Positions 14,261-26,900 of a stretch of DNA of 64,000 nt are shown here, piece by piece. The DNA comes from Dictyostelium discoideum. Taxonomy: Eukaryota. The position numbers were made by a program, and so were the translations under genes. Location: NCBI GenBank assembly GCA_000004695.1, contig CM000154.2, forward strand, positions 2,688,001-2,752,000, written 5' to 3'. Below the pieces are notes generated by a model. The model was not told where the DNA came from. It worked only from the letters and a program-made list of their open reading frames with translations, and searched no databases. The first letter of the stretch is position 1; every line of letters starts with the position of its first letter.

Positions 14261-14739
14261 CTTTTCTTTTTTTTTTTTTTTTTTTTTCTTTTTTCTTCTA
14301 AACAAATTTTTAATAACTTCTCTCTCTTTTTTTTTTTAAAAGTTATTTGTATAAATATAAATATTTTGATTTTGATCCTATTCCATTCCCAAGTGAAATT
14401 TTTATAGATAATCAAGAAACCATGTTTTTTGGTACAACATTTAGAATTTCACCTCCAAATGATTATTTGGATATTTCAAAAGCATCTTCCTTACTTGGAT
14501 TGTAAGTATAAAAAAAAAAAAAAAGAAAAGAGAAAAAAAAAAAATTAAAATAAAAATTGTTTTTGTTGTATATTAATTTTTTTTTTTTTATTTTTTTTTC
14601 AGGTCATTCTCAAATGCAGAGGGTTTTTTTTATAACGATAACAACACACTCCAATTCCCATTTTCAAAATTCCCTGAAGAACTTGATCAATTGTAAGTAG
14701 TATTACATTTTAACCATTAAATAAATACAGTTATTAATA

Positions 14740-14770
<31 letters not shown>

Positions 14771-16435
14771 TAGTTTTTATAAAAATAACAACCAAAGTAC
14801 TCCACTTCCAGATATTCAAAAACTCTTTGAAAATACTAAAATTCGTTATTTGTAAGTATAAACATTTTTTTTTATTTTTTTTTTATTTTTTTTTTAATCT
14901 CCTTTATTTGGTTATTAATTTTTTTTTTTTCTTTTTAAAAAGAGTTTTACCAAATAATAAATTTAGTGGTAAGATTAGTCCAATTAACATTCCAAGTTTA
15001 ATAAATTTGTAAGTAAAAATTATTTTTATTATTATTGTTATTATTTTTTTTTTTAAAAAAATATAAAAATTTATTAATAATAATTTTTAATTTTAGAGAT
15101 TTATCAAATAATGAACTTGTAGGTAAATTAGGAGATTGGATTTGTGGTATTGATAGTTTAAATGTTCAACATAATATTCTTCAAGGTAATGTTCCAATTT
15201 GTAAAATATGTTATGGTAGTGGTCTTTCATTGATTGAGAATAATAATTATTTCGATAGTAGAGAATGCAACGAAACAATTCTAGAAAGTTTAGACATAAC
15301 TACTAAGGAATATAATATTTCAAAAACAAATGAAGATAAGGATGAAGTTTATTCTATGATCTATGAATATATAGTTAAAGGTGAAGGATTGGCTTATGGT
15401 GAACATAAATTTACAACAAACCTTAATGATTATAATTATACTTTAGGAGGTTGGATTCAAGTTGGGAATACCTATAAACTTAATACCACTAAAATGGTTG
15501 AATCTATTGATTTCTTTTTCAACACATCGTCCCCTTTTTCTGCTACATTTGCAACTAAACCAGATTCAAAACCAAGAATTAACTCAATTATAAAAACAAC
15601 TGATGAAGTCAAGGATCCAAAAACCGATAAATACACAATTGAAGGTATATTTTTCTCTTCATTAATATCTGATGTTTCAGTTTCATTGCTTGAAGAGGGT
15701 GATGACGAATACCTTTCTCATCCATGTAAAGTATCAGAGTCAACATTCTATTCAATCACTGCATCATGTCCAAATGAATTACTTTTAAATTTAATTCAAG
15801 TTAAAGTGGGTCAACTTGATACTGGTCGTGTTGAATTCAATTCATCTTCGTCCTATAGTAAAATGTGTAAATCGGAATGTAGTGATAAAGTAAAAGCAAA
15901 TGGTGGAGGTTGCAATTATGATGTTGGTCTTTGTAAATGTCATAAAAGTAATTGTAGATCGGTTACTGTCGAGGTCACTGGTCAATGTCTCAATGATGAT
16001 AATGGTGATGCCTATTGTAGTTGTAACGAAAGATGGGAGGGTACCCTTTGCGAGATCGGAACTTGTTTTGGTTATGATGGTTGTAATTCTCCAAAAGGTG
16101 AATGTGATAAAGCAACATCAATGTGTCATTGTTTAGATAAAAATTTTAATAATGATTATTGTAATGGTACTAGAACTATTCCAGATGGTAAAAATAACAA
16201 TAATAATAATAACAACAACGGTGGTGATGGAGAAAATGGTCCATCATATGCCGTTGGAGTTATCTTCCTTTTCGTCGTTATCATTGGTGTTGCTATCTTT
16301 ATCTATAAAAGATATATTGATGGTTCCTCAAAATCAACCACTTCAAATGGTGTCAAATTTAAAGTTTTAAGTTCAAAACAAGAAGATGATGAAGAAGATA
16401 ATTTATCAACAACAAGAAAAGGTTATGAAGAATAG
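12736..16435 (+). CDS. Type I membrane protein with a signal peptide, plant-type leucine-rich repeats, a Cys-rich EGF-like region, a TM helix and a short acidic tail. Proposed exons: 12736..12841, 12975..13119, 13200..13349, 13440..13502, 13611..13673, 14147..14221, 14343..14501, 14603..14692, 14774..14851, 14943..15008, 15097..16435
   Basis: Exon 1 encodes MNNNIKYVFLIIVTLVFINNVYS (signal peptide). Exon 2 encodes an LRR N-cap-like ..YYDYCSKPLFKCNSETGHLSG. Then come several 63-90 nt exons, each encoding one LRR-like unit and each ending ..T(T/A)|GTAAGT in phase 2, so the junction codon is Leu/Ile/Val/Phe. Examples are L|VLPNNKFSGKISPINIPSLIN|L and L|DLSNNELVGKLGDWICGIDSLNVQHNILQGNVP. The last exon has six-Cys EGF-like modules (CKCHKSNC.., CSCNERWEGTLCE, CHCLDKNFNNDYC), the TM segment YAVGVIFLFVVIIGVAIFIY and a tail ending ..EDDEEDNLSTTRKGYEE. 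The gene call is solid. Individual acceptor choices for exons 2 and 3 are tentative because alternative in-frame AGs exist. Confidence 0.55.
13857..13944. repeat. (AAT)29 microsatellite inside an intron of the LRR gene
   Basis: An uninterrupted aat repeat. It is read as polyN in one ORF-track frame (13808..14083) but lies between the proposed exons 5 and 7. Confidence 0.9.
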
Positions 16436-17142
16436 AAAAAATTAAAAAAAAAATAAAAAAAAAAAATATAAAAATTAAAAAAAAATAAAAATAAAAAAAA
16501 AAAAAAAAAAAAAAAATTTATTTATTACAAGCAAAATATTACATCCAAAAAACAATATATTTATTTTAAAAAAATTGTTAAAATAAGAAAGAATTATTCC
16601 TAACTTTTTTTTTTATTTTTAAAAACTTTTTCCAGAAATTTTAATATATAAAAAGATTCTATTCCTTTAAATAAATAGGAAATTGTATTTTTTTTTTTTT
16701 TTCCTTTTTCAAATTTTCTAACTCAATTCAGGAAAAAGTAACTTTCATCCTTTTCATCACTATTAGAGATTTATATTAATAAAATCCATTGGCGACAAAT
16801 TTTTTTTTTTTTTTTTCCATTTCTCAAATTTTTTTTTTTTTTTATATTTTATAAAATTATCGGTGTGTGTGTGTTTTGGATAAGTTTATCAATTTATTTA
16901 TATGTTTATTTTGTTTTAAATAAAAATAGCGCAAGTTTGAGAAAAAATTTTAATTGAACATAAAAAATTTTTATTTATTTTTTTTTTTATTTTTTTATTT
17001 TTTTTCAATTAATTTTTTTTAATTTCAAAAAAAAAAAAAAAATCTTTTTTTGATTTTTTTTTTTTTTTTTTTTTTACCTTTTTTTTTTCTCATTAATATT
17101 TGTATTTATAAATAACAAAAACAAAAATAACATAAAAAGAAA

Positions 17143-18968
17143 ATGTCCGACGATGAAGATATGATGTATGATGATGATGAATATTTTGATGATGATGAAG
17201 ATCAAGATCAAAATGATAGTGAATCAGAGGGTGTAGAAATTGAAAATCAATATTACAACTCAAAAGGTTTAATTGATGAATCAATTCCAGATGCAATTAA
17301 AAGTTATGAAAAAGTTGTTGATTTAGAAAATGGTGAAAAGGGTGAATGGTAATTATAAAAAATAAAAAAAAAAGAAATAAAAAAATAAAAATAAGAAAAT
17401 ATAAAAAATAAATAAAAAAAAAAAAAAAAATTAAATCAATAAACTTATAAAAATAAAAATCAATTAAAATATATAGGGGTTTCAAAGCATTGAAAAAGAT
17501 AACAAAATTATATTTCCGTATTGGAGATTTCGATAATATGTTGGAAAGTTTTAAAAAATTCCTTCCATACACTAAATCATCGGCAAGTAGTAATTATATT
17601 GAAAAGGGTATCAATTCAGTTTTAGATATGGTTTCTTCAAGTAATACAATTGAATTAGATATGATTCAAAAAGTTTTCGATTTAACTTTAAAATCATTAT
17701 TGGATACTAAAAATGAGGTATGTTTTTAATTTTTTTTTTTCTCACTCAAGTTTCTTTATTTTTTCTTAATATTGGGAGGAAATTAAATTTTTTTTTTTTT
17801 TTGTTGAAAAAAAAAATTAAAAAAAAAATAAAAATTTATATTTGATTTTCATACTAATAATTTTATTTTTACTCTTTTATATAAAAAATTTATTAATAAT
17901 AATATTAAAAACTTAATAATAATAATAAATAATTAAAAAAAAAAAAAAAAAAAAAAAAATTTTTTTTTAGAGAGTTTGGTTTAGAACAAATCTTAAATTA
18001 GCAAAATTATTATTTGAAAAAGCAGAATATGGTCGTTTAGCAAAGATTTTAAGAGATTTACATAAATCATGTGAATTAGAGGATGGTACTGATGATCAAA
18101 AGAAAGGTAGTCAATTGGTTGATATTTATGCTTTAGAGATTCAAATGTATACAGAAACCAAAAACAATAAGAAATTAAAAGATTTGTATAAAAAAGCACT
18201 TGAAATCAAGAGTGCCATTCCTCATCCACGTATTATGGGTATCATTAGAGAATGTGGTGGTAAAATGCACATGGCTGAAAAAGAATGGGAAAAAGCACAT
18301 ACAGACTTTTTTGAAGCTTTCAAAAATTATGATGAAGCTGGTAACTCTAGAAGAATTCAATGTCTTAAATATTTAGTTTTAGCATGTATGTTAATGCTTT
18401 CAACTATTAATCCATTTGATTCAACTGAAGCAAAACCGTATGTGTATTTTTAATTAATTAAAAAAAATATAATTTATTTATAATAATAATACTAATTATT
18501 TTTTTATTTTAATTTTTTTTTTTAAAAAAAAGATATAAAAATGATCCAGATATTTTAGCAATGACAAATTTAGTTATGGCTTATGAAAAGAATGATATTT
18601 ATGCATTTGAAAAGATCTTAAAAGATAATCGTAAAACTATTATGGATGATCCATTCATTAGAATGTACATTGAAGATTTATTAAGAAACATTAGAACTCA
18701 AGTCCTTTTGAAACTTTTGAAACCATACACTAGAATTAGAATTTCATTCATCTCTAAAGAATTGAATATTCCATCCAGTGATGTAGAGTCTCTTTTAGTT
18801 TCTTTGATCCTTGATAATAAGATTAGAGGTTCAATTGATCAAGTAAATCAACAGTTAGAACTTGATACTGCTAAATCTTCTGCTTATTGGAAATATACTT
18901 CAATTCATAAATGGGCAAATCAAATCGGTCAACTTAATGGTGGTATAAATAATAAATTAGTTTCTTAA
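17143..18968 (+). CDS. csn2: COP9 signalosome complex subunit 2 (CSN2/Alien, PCI domain); 4 exons 17143..17348, 17477..17717, 17971..18437, 18533..18968
   Basis: The spliced protein reads [57 protein letters not shown]|[37 protein letters not shown]|[144 protein letters not shown]|[72 protein letters not shown]. It is collinear with, and largely identical to, metazoan CSN2. Donors are GTAATT/GTATGT and acceptors AG, with all phases consistent. Confidence 0.9.
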
Positions 18969-19147
18969 AATTAACAAAAAACAAAACAAAAAAAAAAAAA
19001 AAAAAAACCAATTATAATAATAATAATAATATCATAATCAAATTAAAATAAATAAATCACTGTTATAATAATAATATAAATTAATGTGTAATTTATTTAA
19101 ATATTTTATTTTGAAAGAAAAGGGGTTTTTAATTATTTCCTATTATT

Positions 19148-19519
19148 TTAAAAGGAAATTGATTTAATATAAAGATTTGGACGGGTGGTACCATTTAAGA
19201 TACAATAAAAAGTATGAGAGCTATGTGCGGCAATAGTTGATTGACCAGCTGGTAAGGTTAATTCATTTGAATGTTTTTCCATATTCCAAATTGATGAACT
19301 ATCTCTTAAAGTTAGAGTACGATCAGTTGCGATATGAATTGATTTAATTATTTTATTTGTATGATTTTCAATGGTAATTGAATATTGAGTAATTGTAATA
19401 CCATCTTGTTTCCATGATCCTATTACTTTAGTATCAAGTGAACAATCACGATTTGAAACACTTGCTGATGCAATTGCTGTTAAAACTAAAAGTGCACAAA
19501 TTATTTGAATTAATTTCAT
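19148..19519 (-). CDS. Small secreted protein (123 aa) with a cleavable signal peptide and possibly a carbohydrate-binding-like beta fold
   Basis: ORF MKLIQIICALLVLTAIASASVSNRDCSLDTKVIGSWKQDGITITQYSITIENHTNKIIKSIHIATDRTLTLRDSSSIWNMEKHSNELTLPAGQSTIAAHSSHTFYCILNGTTRPNLYIKSISF. There is a hydrophobic N-terminus with ASAS cleavage context, two Cys residues and N-glycosylation sequons. The resemblance to small Dictyostelium cellulose-binding (CBM49-like) modules is only an impression. Confidence 0.5.
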   Translation of the reverse strand: MKLIQIICALLVLTAIASASVSNRDCSLDTKVIGSWKQDGITITQYSITIENHTNKIIKSIHIATDRTLTLRDSSSIWNMEKHSNELTLPAGQSTIAAHSSHTFYCILNGTTRPNLYIKSISF

Positions 19520-20082
19520 TTTAAAATATTTTAAATTGTTTATTTGAGTTGGTTTATTTAAATTGGTTTATTTAAATTGGTTTATTTTATTTTATTTTAT
19601 TTTGGAATGGATTTAAAAAAAAAAAATCAAAAATATTTATACCAAAATTTTTTCTTTTTTTTTTTTTTTAAATCCATTTTATTAATTATTAATATCTTTT
19701 ATTTGAAAATATATTTTTTTAAGTTTTAATCTAATAAATCTAAAAAAAAAAAAAAAAATAAAAACCCCATTTCTATTATTTTATTTTTTTTAAGTTTTAA
19801 TCTAATAAATCTTAAAAAAAAAAAAAAATCAAAAATATCATTAGCAATAAATACATATCATTTCAAATAACCATTAATTTTTTTTCTTTGTTCTTTTATA
19901 GAAAATTATTCTTTTAATATTTCTTTTTTTCAAATTTTAAATATAAAAAAAAATAAAAAAAATAAAAAAAACAACTTTTTTCAAATAAACAAAAAACTCC
20001 AATAATCCTTCATCTCAAATTAATTTTTATTAAAAACACAAACCTTTTCTATAAATTAAAATAAAATAAAAATAGCTTATTA

Positions 20083-20113
<31 letters not shown>

Positions 20114-20636
20114 CCCACACAATTGATGAATTTTTGGGAATTGTTCTAAAAATGTTTGAAGATTTTTCTTTTTAATAAAAACCATAAATTATTTGTTTAA
20201 AGTTTTTTTTTTTAAAGTTTGAAAAATTTTATTTAAAATTTGTCTTACCTAAACTTAAAAAAAGAATAGATCACAATCACTAATGTGTGCATGGATTAAT
20301 TCTTGAAATTTTTTTTTTTTTTTTTTTAAAAAGAATAATTTTGGTAGTTTTTTCATATTCTGATTTAAACAGCTAATTATTTCCTTTTTAGAATGAAATT
20401 TAAAAAATTTATTATCTAAATTAAAAGAAACAATCAAAATTTTTTTTTTTATTTTTTTATTTTTTTTTTGATTGGGTTAATTAAACTTTCCAGTCGAATA
20501 ATGTTTTTTTCAAAAGAGTTTTAATAGTATAAACATCAATGGGTATTTGAGGAAAAAATAATAAAAAAATCAATTGGACTATTTTAGTATTTAAAAACTA
20601 TTGAATAAGTTTTAATTTTTTTATTTATTTATTTAT

Positions 20637-21680
20637 TTATTTAAAAAATAAAATAATTAAAATAAAAATAATAATAAATAATTTTTTTGAGAATATTTGA
20701 TTAATATTAAAGTCATTTTTTGTATTATTAGTTGAAGTGTTAAAGATATAAATTTGCTCAACATGAGTTTCTTTAAATGTGTAAGTTGGATTATAGTTAT
20801 AAATTAGTGATTTAAATAAAACTTCTTCATCATTAAATTTATGATTAGATTTTCTTGTTTCATTTACAAAAAAGTTTGACATATATTGGCACGCTAAAAT
20901 GGCATTAAATGAATGATCAGTTGCATCTTTTGAATACCAACTATATGGTGATTTTTCAGGGTGCCAAATAATTGCATAAATTGGGTAATCTTTTGATTCA
21001 ATCAATGATATGAATTCATTTCCACTTTTATCGTTATTTGTTGCCAAAACATTAAAAAATTGATTTAATAATGAATTGTTATCAAATGTATTTGGCGAAA
21101 TTCCAAAATGATGATTATTCATTGTAATTGGATCATTTGCTAAAGAATTAATAATATTTGTTGGGCAGTTTTTCATAATTTTACTTTCTAATGCAATATT
21201 TGAAAAATTTAAGGGGATTGAATAATTTTCTGCATTAAAATCAGTTAAAACATCAAATGATTCAGCCTGTAAAGAAACAATTTCTTCCAAACCTAAACAT
21301 GTTCCCCACAAAGGAAAATAATCACCATTTATATTTACATCTAATACATAGTCCCAAATTAAAGTTAGAGTTTTAACATATTGAATTTCTGTTTTAAAAT
21401 CAACATCACCACCTGGTAATAGTATTCCATTTATTTGTTTAAAAATTGTTGTCAAAGATTCATCATCTTGGTTATAAAAAATAGGTACCACTCTTGCACC
21501 AGCAGATTCAACATATTTAACATATGATGCCATCAAATAATTATCACCATATTTAATATTAATTGAACTTGGAAATGGTTGAGTTAAAATTCCAATTACT
21601 GGAGTATTATTAATTGTATTAATTAATTTTAAATTTGAAATTAAATATAAATAAATAAACAATGAAAATAATTTTATCAT
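20637..21680 (-). CDS. Gamma-glutamyl hydrolase (peptidase C26), secreted, 347 aa
   Basis: Signal peptide MIKLFSLFIYLYLISNLKLIN. Conserved blocks include PVIGILTQP, MASYVKYVESAGARVVPIF, INGILLPGGDVDF, catalytic Cys in YFPLWGTCLGLEE and catalytic His in YAIIWHPEKSPYSW, followed by NETRKSNHKF. The protein is collinear with human GGH. Confidence 0.85.
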   Translation of the reverse strand: MIKLFSLFIYLYLISNLKLINTINNTPVIGILTQPFPSSINIKYGDNYLMASYVKYVESAGARVVPIFYNQDDESLTTIFKQINGILLPGGDVDFKTEIQYVKTLTLIWDYVLDVNINGDYFPLWGTCLGLEEIVSLQAESFDVLTDFNAENYSIPLNFSNIALESKIMKNCPTNIINSLANDPITMNNHHFGISPNTFDNNSLLNQFFNVLATNNDKSGNEFISLIESKDYPIYAIIWHPEKSPYSWYSKDATDHSFNAILACQYMSNFFVNETRKSNHKFNDEEVLFKSLIYNYNPTYTFKETHVEQIYIFNTSTNNTKNDFNINQIFSKKLFIIIFILIILFFK

Positions 21681-22002
21681 TCTTATTTATACACAATGAA
21701 AAAATAAAAAAATAAAAAATAAAAAAAATGGTGTGTTAACACACACAAATTTGTAAAACAAATACAAAAAAAACAAATAATTTTATTTTATTTTATTTTA
21801 TTTTTTTTTTTTTTGTAAATTTAATTAAATAATAATTAAATAATAAAATAATAATAAAATAATAATTAAATAATAATTGTTCTATAGATCTTCTAAGTGA
21901 TTAAAAAATTAAAATGTAATTTCCGAATGTTTAAAAAATTAATTTAACAACGATAATTACTGAGTAACCAGTTAATATTATTGTAATTTTTTTTTTTTTA
22001 TT

Positions 22003-24470
22003 TTATAAAAAATATAATTTATTAAATAAATTTTCATCAGATGGTATTTCTGGGATATTTTCAACTATTGGTTTATTTGAAACTGTATCATTTAATTTTT
22101 GAGGAGTTTGAAAATATTTACCAATAAAATAAGCTAAATTATGAGCATAATTACAAGGAGCAGGTGTTCTAACACTATTATTTATATTAAAGAATAAATT
22201 TGACATTTGAAAAGTAAAAAATTGAAAAGAGTCCACTGGTATATTGGCATCATTATGAATGATATGATAGTTTGTTGGTCTAACTGAAGATTTTGATTTT
22301 TTACTTGTATTTTGACAAACCAAATAAAAATCATACCAAAATGGATTGGTAATACCAGTGCTAACCATTGTACCATTGGGTGGATTGGTACTATCTTTTA
22401 AATTTAAAAATCTTGTGTTTGTATTCTTTTTAACAATAACATACATTAATAAAATCTTTTCATTGATTGAAGTAATTGCTTTTTTAATGAAATCAACTTC
22501 TTGCTCTTTCACTTTTTTTAACATACCATCAGCAACACCATCTCTATAAACAATGACCAGCTCTGGATATTTATTATTTGGATGAGATAAACGATAGGCA
22601 TTCATTGAATCTTTCATTGCGGTGAAAATGAAATCACTATCTAAAATCTCTTTTAAAAATGGTTGAATATTAATTTTATGATAAAATTGAGTATGACAAT
22701 TATTAGTTGAAGCAACAAATGCAGCCACTGAATAGGAGATCTCTGGATTATGAGTTACATCGATACCAATGACCATGGTATTCTCTGGTATATTTGAAAA
22801 TATTGTGGGATCAATCGACCATGGGAATTTACCCATTTTTGCAATGATTTGACTTGCAATTGGTTTTGAAATTAAATTTAAACGATCTTTAATTTTTGAA
22901 CTTTTAATACATTGAGTTATTACAGCTCTATTTCTTAGTAGTGATAAATTCTTTATTGATTTATAAATAAAAGAATGATCATTCTCTGGTAAAATAATAA
23001 TAAATAATTCAATACCACTATTTCTATCCAATTCTTGTGAAAAATAATTTAAATATTCATTTGAACTTGATTTATCTGGTACTTTTATAACAGAATTTGG
23101 TAATGGTAAATGACAATAATCTCTAGTCAATTGATCGATATTTCTTTGATTGCTTTCAATATCATTTTTAGTACCAATTAAAGACCAAACAACATTTGAT
23201 AGGTAATTTATATTTGAATTTGAAATTACTTGAGCTTTGTATTGTGAAGATTCAATTTTAATTGGTTCACCAATTGAAACGCCCCACTTTAATAATTGAC
23301 TTTGAATTTGTTTATGTAAACGTAGATCCGATTTAAATTGATTTAAAATTTCAAATCTATCTTTTGGATTTATTATTGTACGATTATCAATTTCATTACT
23401 TAAGTTCAATTCATCTTGTATGTTTAATAATTGAGGGATTCCAGTTTGAATACATAATTCTGGTACTAAAAAAATGGTTTCTTTTCTAAAATTTCTAGTT
23501 ATTATAACCTCTAATAATGGTTGTTCCTTATCTTTAATTGGTGGATTTAAACTATAATTTAATTCATAATATTGTGCAAATGTCATTGGTGTTGTAAATA
23601 TTGATGATGATTTTGGTGTAGTATTTGGTGTAGTATTTGGTGTAGTATTTGGTGAATCATTTTTTACTCCCGAATTTTGAACATTAGTTGTTGTTGGTGA
23701 AGGTGGAACACCAATTTTTATATTTAATTGATCATCAATTGTTTTTTCCCAAGCAATTCTATTTACTCTATAATGTCTATTATTATATTTTGTAAATATT
23801 ATTTTACCTTGAAGTTCATTTTCACATTTATTACGATCCATATTTAATTCTTTCATTCTTTCTAAAACACTTTTTGATCTAATAGCTTTTGATGTAATAT
23901 CCAATAGCATTGCAACACCGCTTTCAACTGTATGAACACTTGATATATAACCATTACAAATATCAACACCATACTCTGATATTGGATTCATTATTTTTGA
24001 ATAAAAATGTCTACCCAATTTTACAAATCCTAATGAAGCAAAAAACTAAAATTTAAAATTTAAAAAATTTTGTTAATAAATTAATTTTCTTAAAAAAAAA
24101 AAAAAACTGTATAGGAAAAAAAATACGAACCGATTTTGTTAAAATATTTAAAAAAGTTATAGATTCCATATCTCTTTTATTTGATTCATCTTTATGTTCA
24201 TTATTAATTAATACTTCTCTTTCAAATGATATTGAAATTTCATAACCTTTAATATTTGTTGAAAAATTTGAAAATGAACTTTGAGAATACATTGTAATAA
24301 AATCACCATCATATTTAAATGCTTCATTTTTAAAAATATCTGGATAATTATTAACTAATGTTTGAATGATTTCAACTCTTTGTGAATGTTTTGGATTTAC
24401 TCTTGGCTGTTGTTGAATAATATTTTAAAAAAAAATTTTAAAAAATCAATAAAAATTAATTAATTTTTTT

Positions 24471-24502
<32 letters not shown>

Positions 24503-24918
24503 TTTAAAAAAAAATATACATACTAATGATTTTATTTTGTATTTATAAATAGATTTTATATTTGGGTCAAACGATAATTTGAAATAATTGGTTAAAATTG
24601 GTAATTTTTCAGCTGGAATGCCCTCCAATGTTGCATTGGTTGGTTTTGGAAGATTAAAATATAACTCATCTTTTAATTTTGGTGGATCTCTTTTTTCAAT
24701 AATAATATCTTCATTTCTATCTTGATTTTCTTTTGTAATATCGATTATTCCAATTTCAGATGTATTTTTAATTGGTGGTAATAATGCTTTTTTTAAAGAT
24801 AATAAATTATTTTCGTTAGATTTTGATGTTTCTTTATTATTATTTATTGGTTTTGTTGTGTTCCCTGTTTTCATTGATGATAATGATGATGGTGATGTTG
24901 TTGCTGTTTTTGTTGCCG

Positions 24919-24952
<34 letters not shown>

Positions 24953-25456
24953 GGTAGTAGTATTTGGTATTGTTGGTGTTGTTGGTGTTGATGTTGGTGT
25001 TGATGTTGGTGTTGATGTTGATGTTGGTGTTGGTTTTGGTGTTATATATGGTGATAATTTTGCATTTATTGGAGTGTACACATATTGTGAAGGTTTAATT
25101 GTTGTAGATAGTATCGGTTGAGAAGGTGACCTTTGTGGTGAATTTAAGTTTGTCCTATTATTAGTTGGACTATTTGAATTATAATTCACAGATCTTGGAT
25201 CACTAAAATTACTTGATTGTTTGGCTCTACCTCTTGGAGAAATACCTCTTCCATCGGAAAATTGATTGGGACTATCATAAATTGGATTTTTATAATTACT
25301 ATTATACTGATTACCAAAATTATTTTTTTTATGAAATTTAGTATTTTTGTTATTATTATTAAAATTATTAAAATTATTATTATAATTATTATTATTAAAG
25401 TTATTATTTGAATTATTATTTGAGTTATAATTATTGTTATTATTATTATTATTTGA

Positions 25457-25528
<72 letters not shown>

Positions 25529-25807
25529 TGAATTATTTCCAAGGCCCAATACTTTTCCTTTTTGTGGTGATTTTTGGTTATTATTTGTATTAACTGGATT
25601 AATAGAGGTTTCTTCGTTTATATTTGGATTATCAACAATTAAATTCTTGAAGTTTATTCTATTTTTTGGAACCCAGGGAGTGAATGATGATATATTTGAA
25701 CCTTCAGAGGATGAGTCAAAGTCAACATTTGGAAATTCACAGTAATCATATTCTTCATCTTCATCTTGTTCATTGTCGTTTGAATTTCTATTATTTTTAT
25801 TTGACAT
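22003..25807 (-). CDS. Argonaute family protein (N, PAZ, MID, Piwi domains) with a 428-aa low-complexity N-terminal exon; exons 25807..24524, 24406..24131, 24045..22003
   Basis: Exon 1 encodes polyN (34 residues), polyThr and TPTS repeats. It ends KLPILTNYFKLSFDPNIKSIYKYKIKSL at a GTATGT donor (24523). Exon 2 reads PRVNPKHSQRVEIIQTLVNNYPDIFKNEAFKYDGDFITMYSQ..ITFLNILTKS and ends at a GTTCGT donor (24130). Exon 3 reads FFASLGFVKLGRHFYSK.. and continues through PAZ. The Piwi region carries the RNase-H-like catalytic residues GIDVTHNPE, VIVYRDGVADG and NYAHNLAYFIGKY. The sequence does not identify which agn paralogue this is. Confidence 0.8.
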
Positions 25808-25813
25808 GTTTAG

Positions 25814-25867
<54 letters not shown>

Positions 25868-25946
25868 AAAAATAATAGATAAATAAAAATAAATAAATAT
25901 ATAGGAAATAAATAAAAATAAATATATATAATACTCTTTTAAATGA

Positions 25947-25992
<46 letters not shown>

Positions 25993-26900
25993 ATAAAAAA
26001 AAACAAAAAAAAAAATTGAATAGAAAAAAAAAAATAAAAAAAAAAAAAAATAAATAAAAAAATAAAAAAAGTAATATGTTTTTGTTGTGTGTGGATTAAT
26101 TTTTGATAAATACTACCACCACCTTATTATTATTTGTTGATGTTGCTGTTGATAATTTGAAAAATAAAAATAAAAAAATAAAAATAAAAATTAAAAAATT
26201 AAAAAAAGTAAAAAAGGGAAGGGTGTAGTGAATAAAAAAAAAAATAAAAAAATAAAAAACCAAAAAAAAACAAAAAAAAAAATAAAAAAAAATAAAAAAA
26301 AGAGTTTTTTTGTGTAAATTAATTAATTTTCAATTGTAAACACAAAAAAAATTCATTTTGTGTTTCCAAGTGTGAGTTTTTACTTGCATGTGTTAAAAAC
26401 AAAACAAAACAAAATAAAAAAATAAAAAAAAACAAAGATTTTAAAAACAAAACAAAAGATTTTAAAAACAAAACAAAAGATTTCAAAATTTGATATGACA
26501 TTTGGTACAAAACCCAATTAAACTTTATTTTTTTTTTATTTTTATTTTTATTTTTTTTTATTTTCATTGATTTCGGTCATTGTATTTTAGATATTAACAA
26601 AGTAACAATAGTTGCAAATGATTGAGCTGGTAATGCCAAGAATGTATGAATTAAATAATATTTGTACGTGCAAAAATCACAATCTTTCAAATAACTCAAC
26701 GAATTTACAAAATATTAAGTTCAAAATTTAAAAAATTCAAAATTCAAAAATAAATAAAAAAATAAAATAAAAAAAATTAAAATAATAAAAAAAATAAAAT
26801 TTTTTTTTTTTATTTTTTTTTTATTTTTTTTTTGACGATCATTGGTGGAAAAAAAAAAAAAGGCGCATTACCACATTTTCGACAATATATTGTTATCAAA

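Noticed and set aside
15900-16370. 78-aa and 72-aa plus-strand ORFs inside the last LRR-gene exon
   Set aside because: They are alternative reading frames of the same strand within a strongly supported exon (EGF-like/TM region). The same reasoning applies to 38148..38399 and 38577..38768 inside copG, 31465..31653, 33121..33579 and 29012..29227/30130..30318 inside the Nup188-like gene, and 57201..57604 inside the EGF-repeat gene.
18175-18360. 61-aa minus-strand ORF
   Set aside because: It is antisense to csn2 exon 3.
24858-25745. Cluster of overlapping ORFs on both strands (polyVal, polyIle, polyTyr, polyLeu)
   Set aside because: They are alternative-frame or antisense readings of the (AAT)n/(ACA)n coding microsatellites in Argonaute exon 1.
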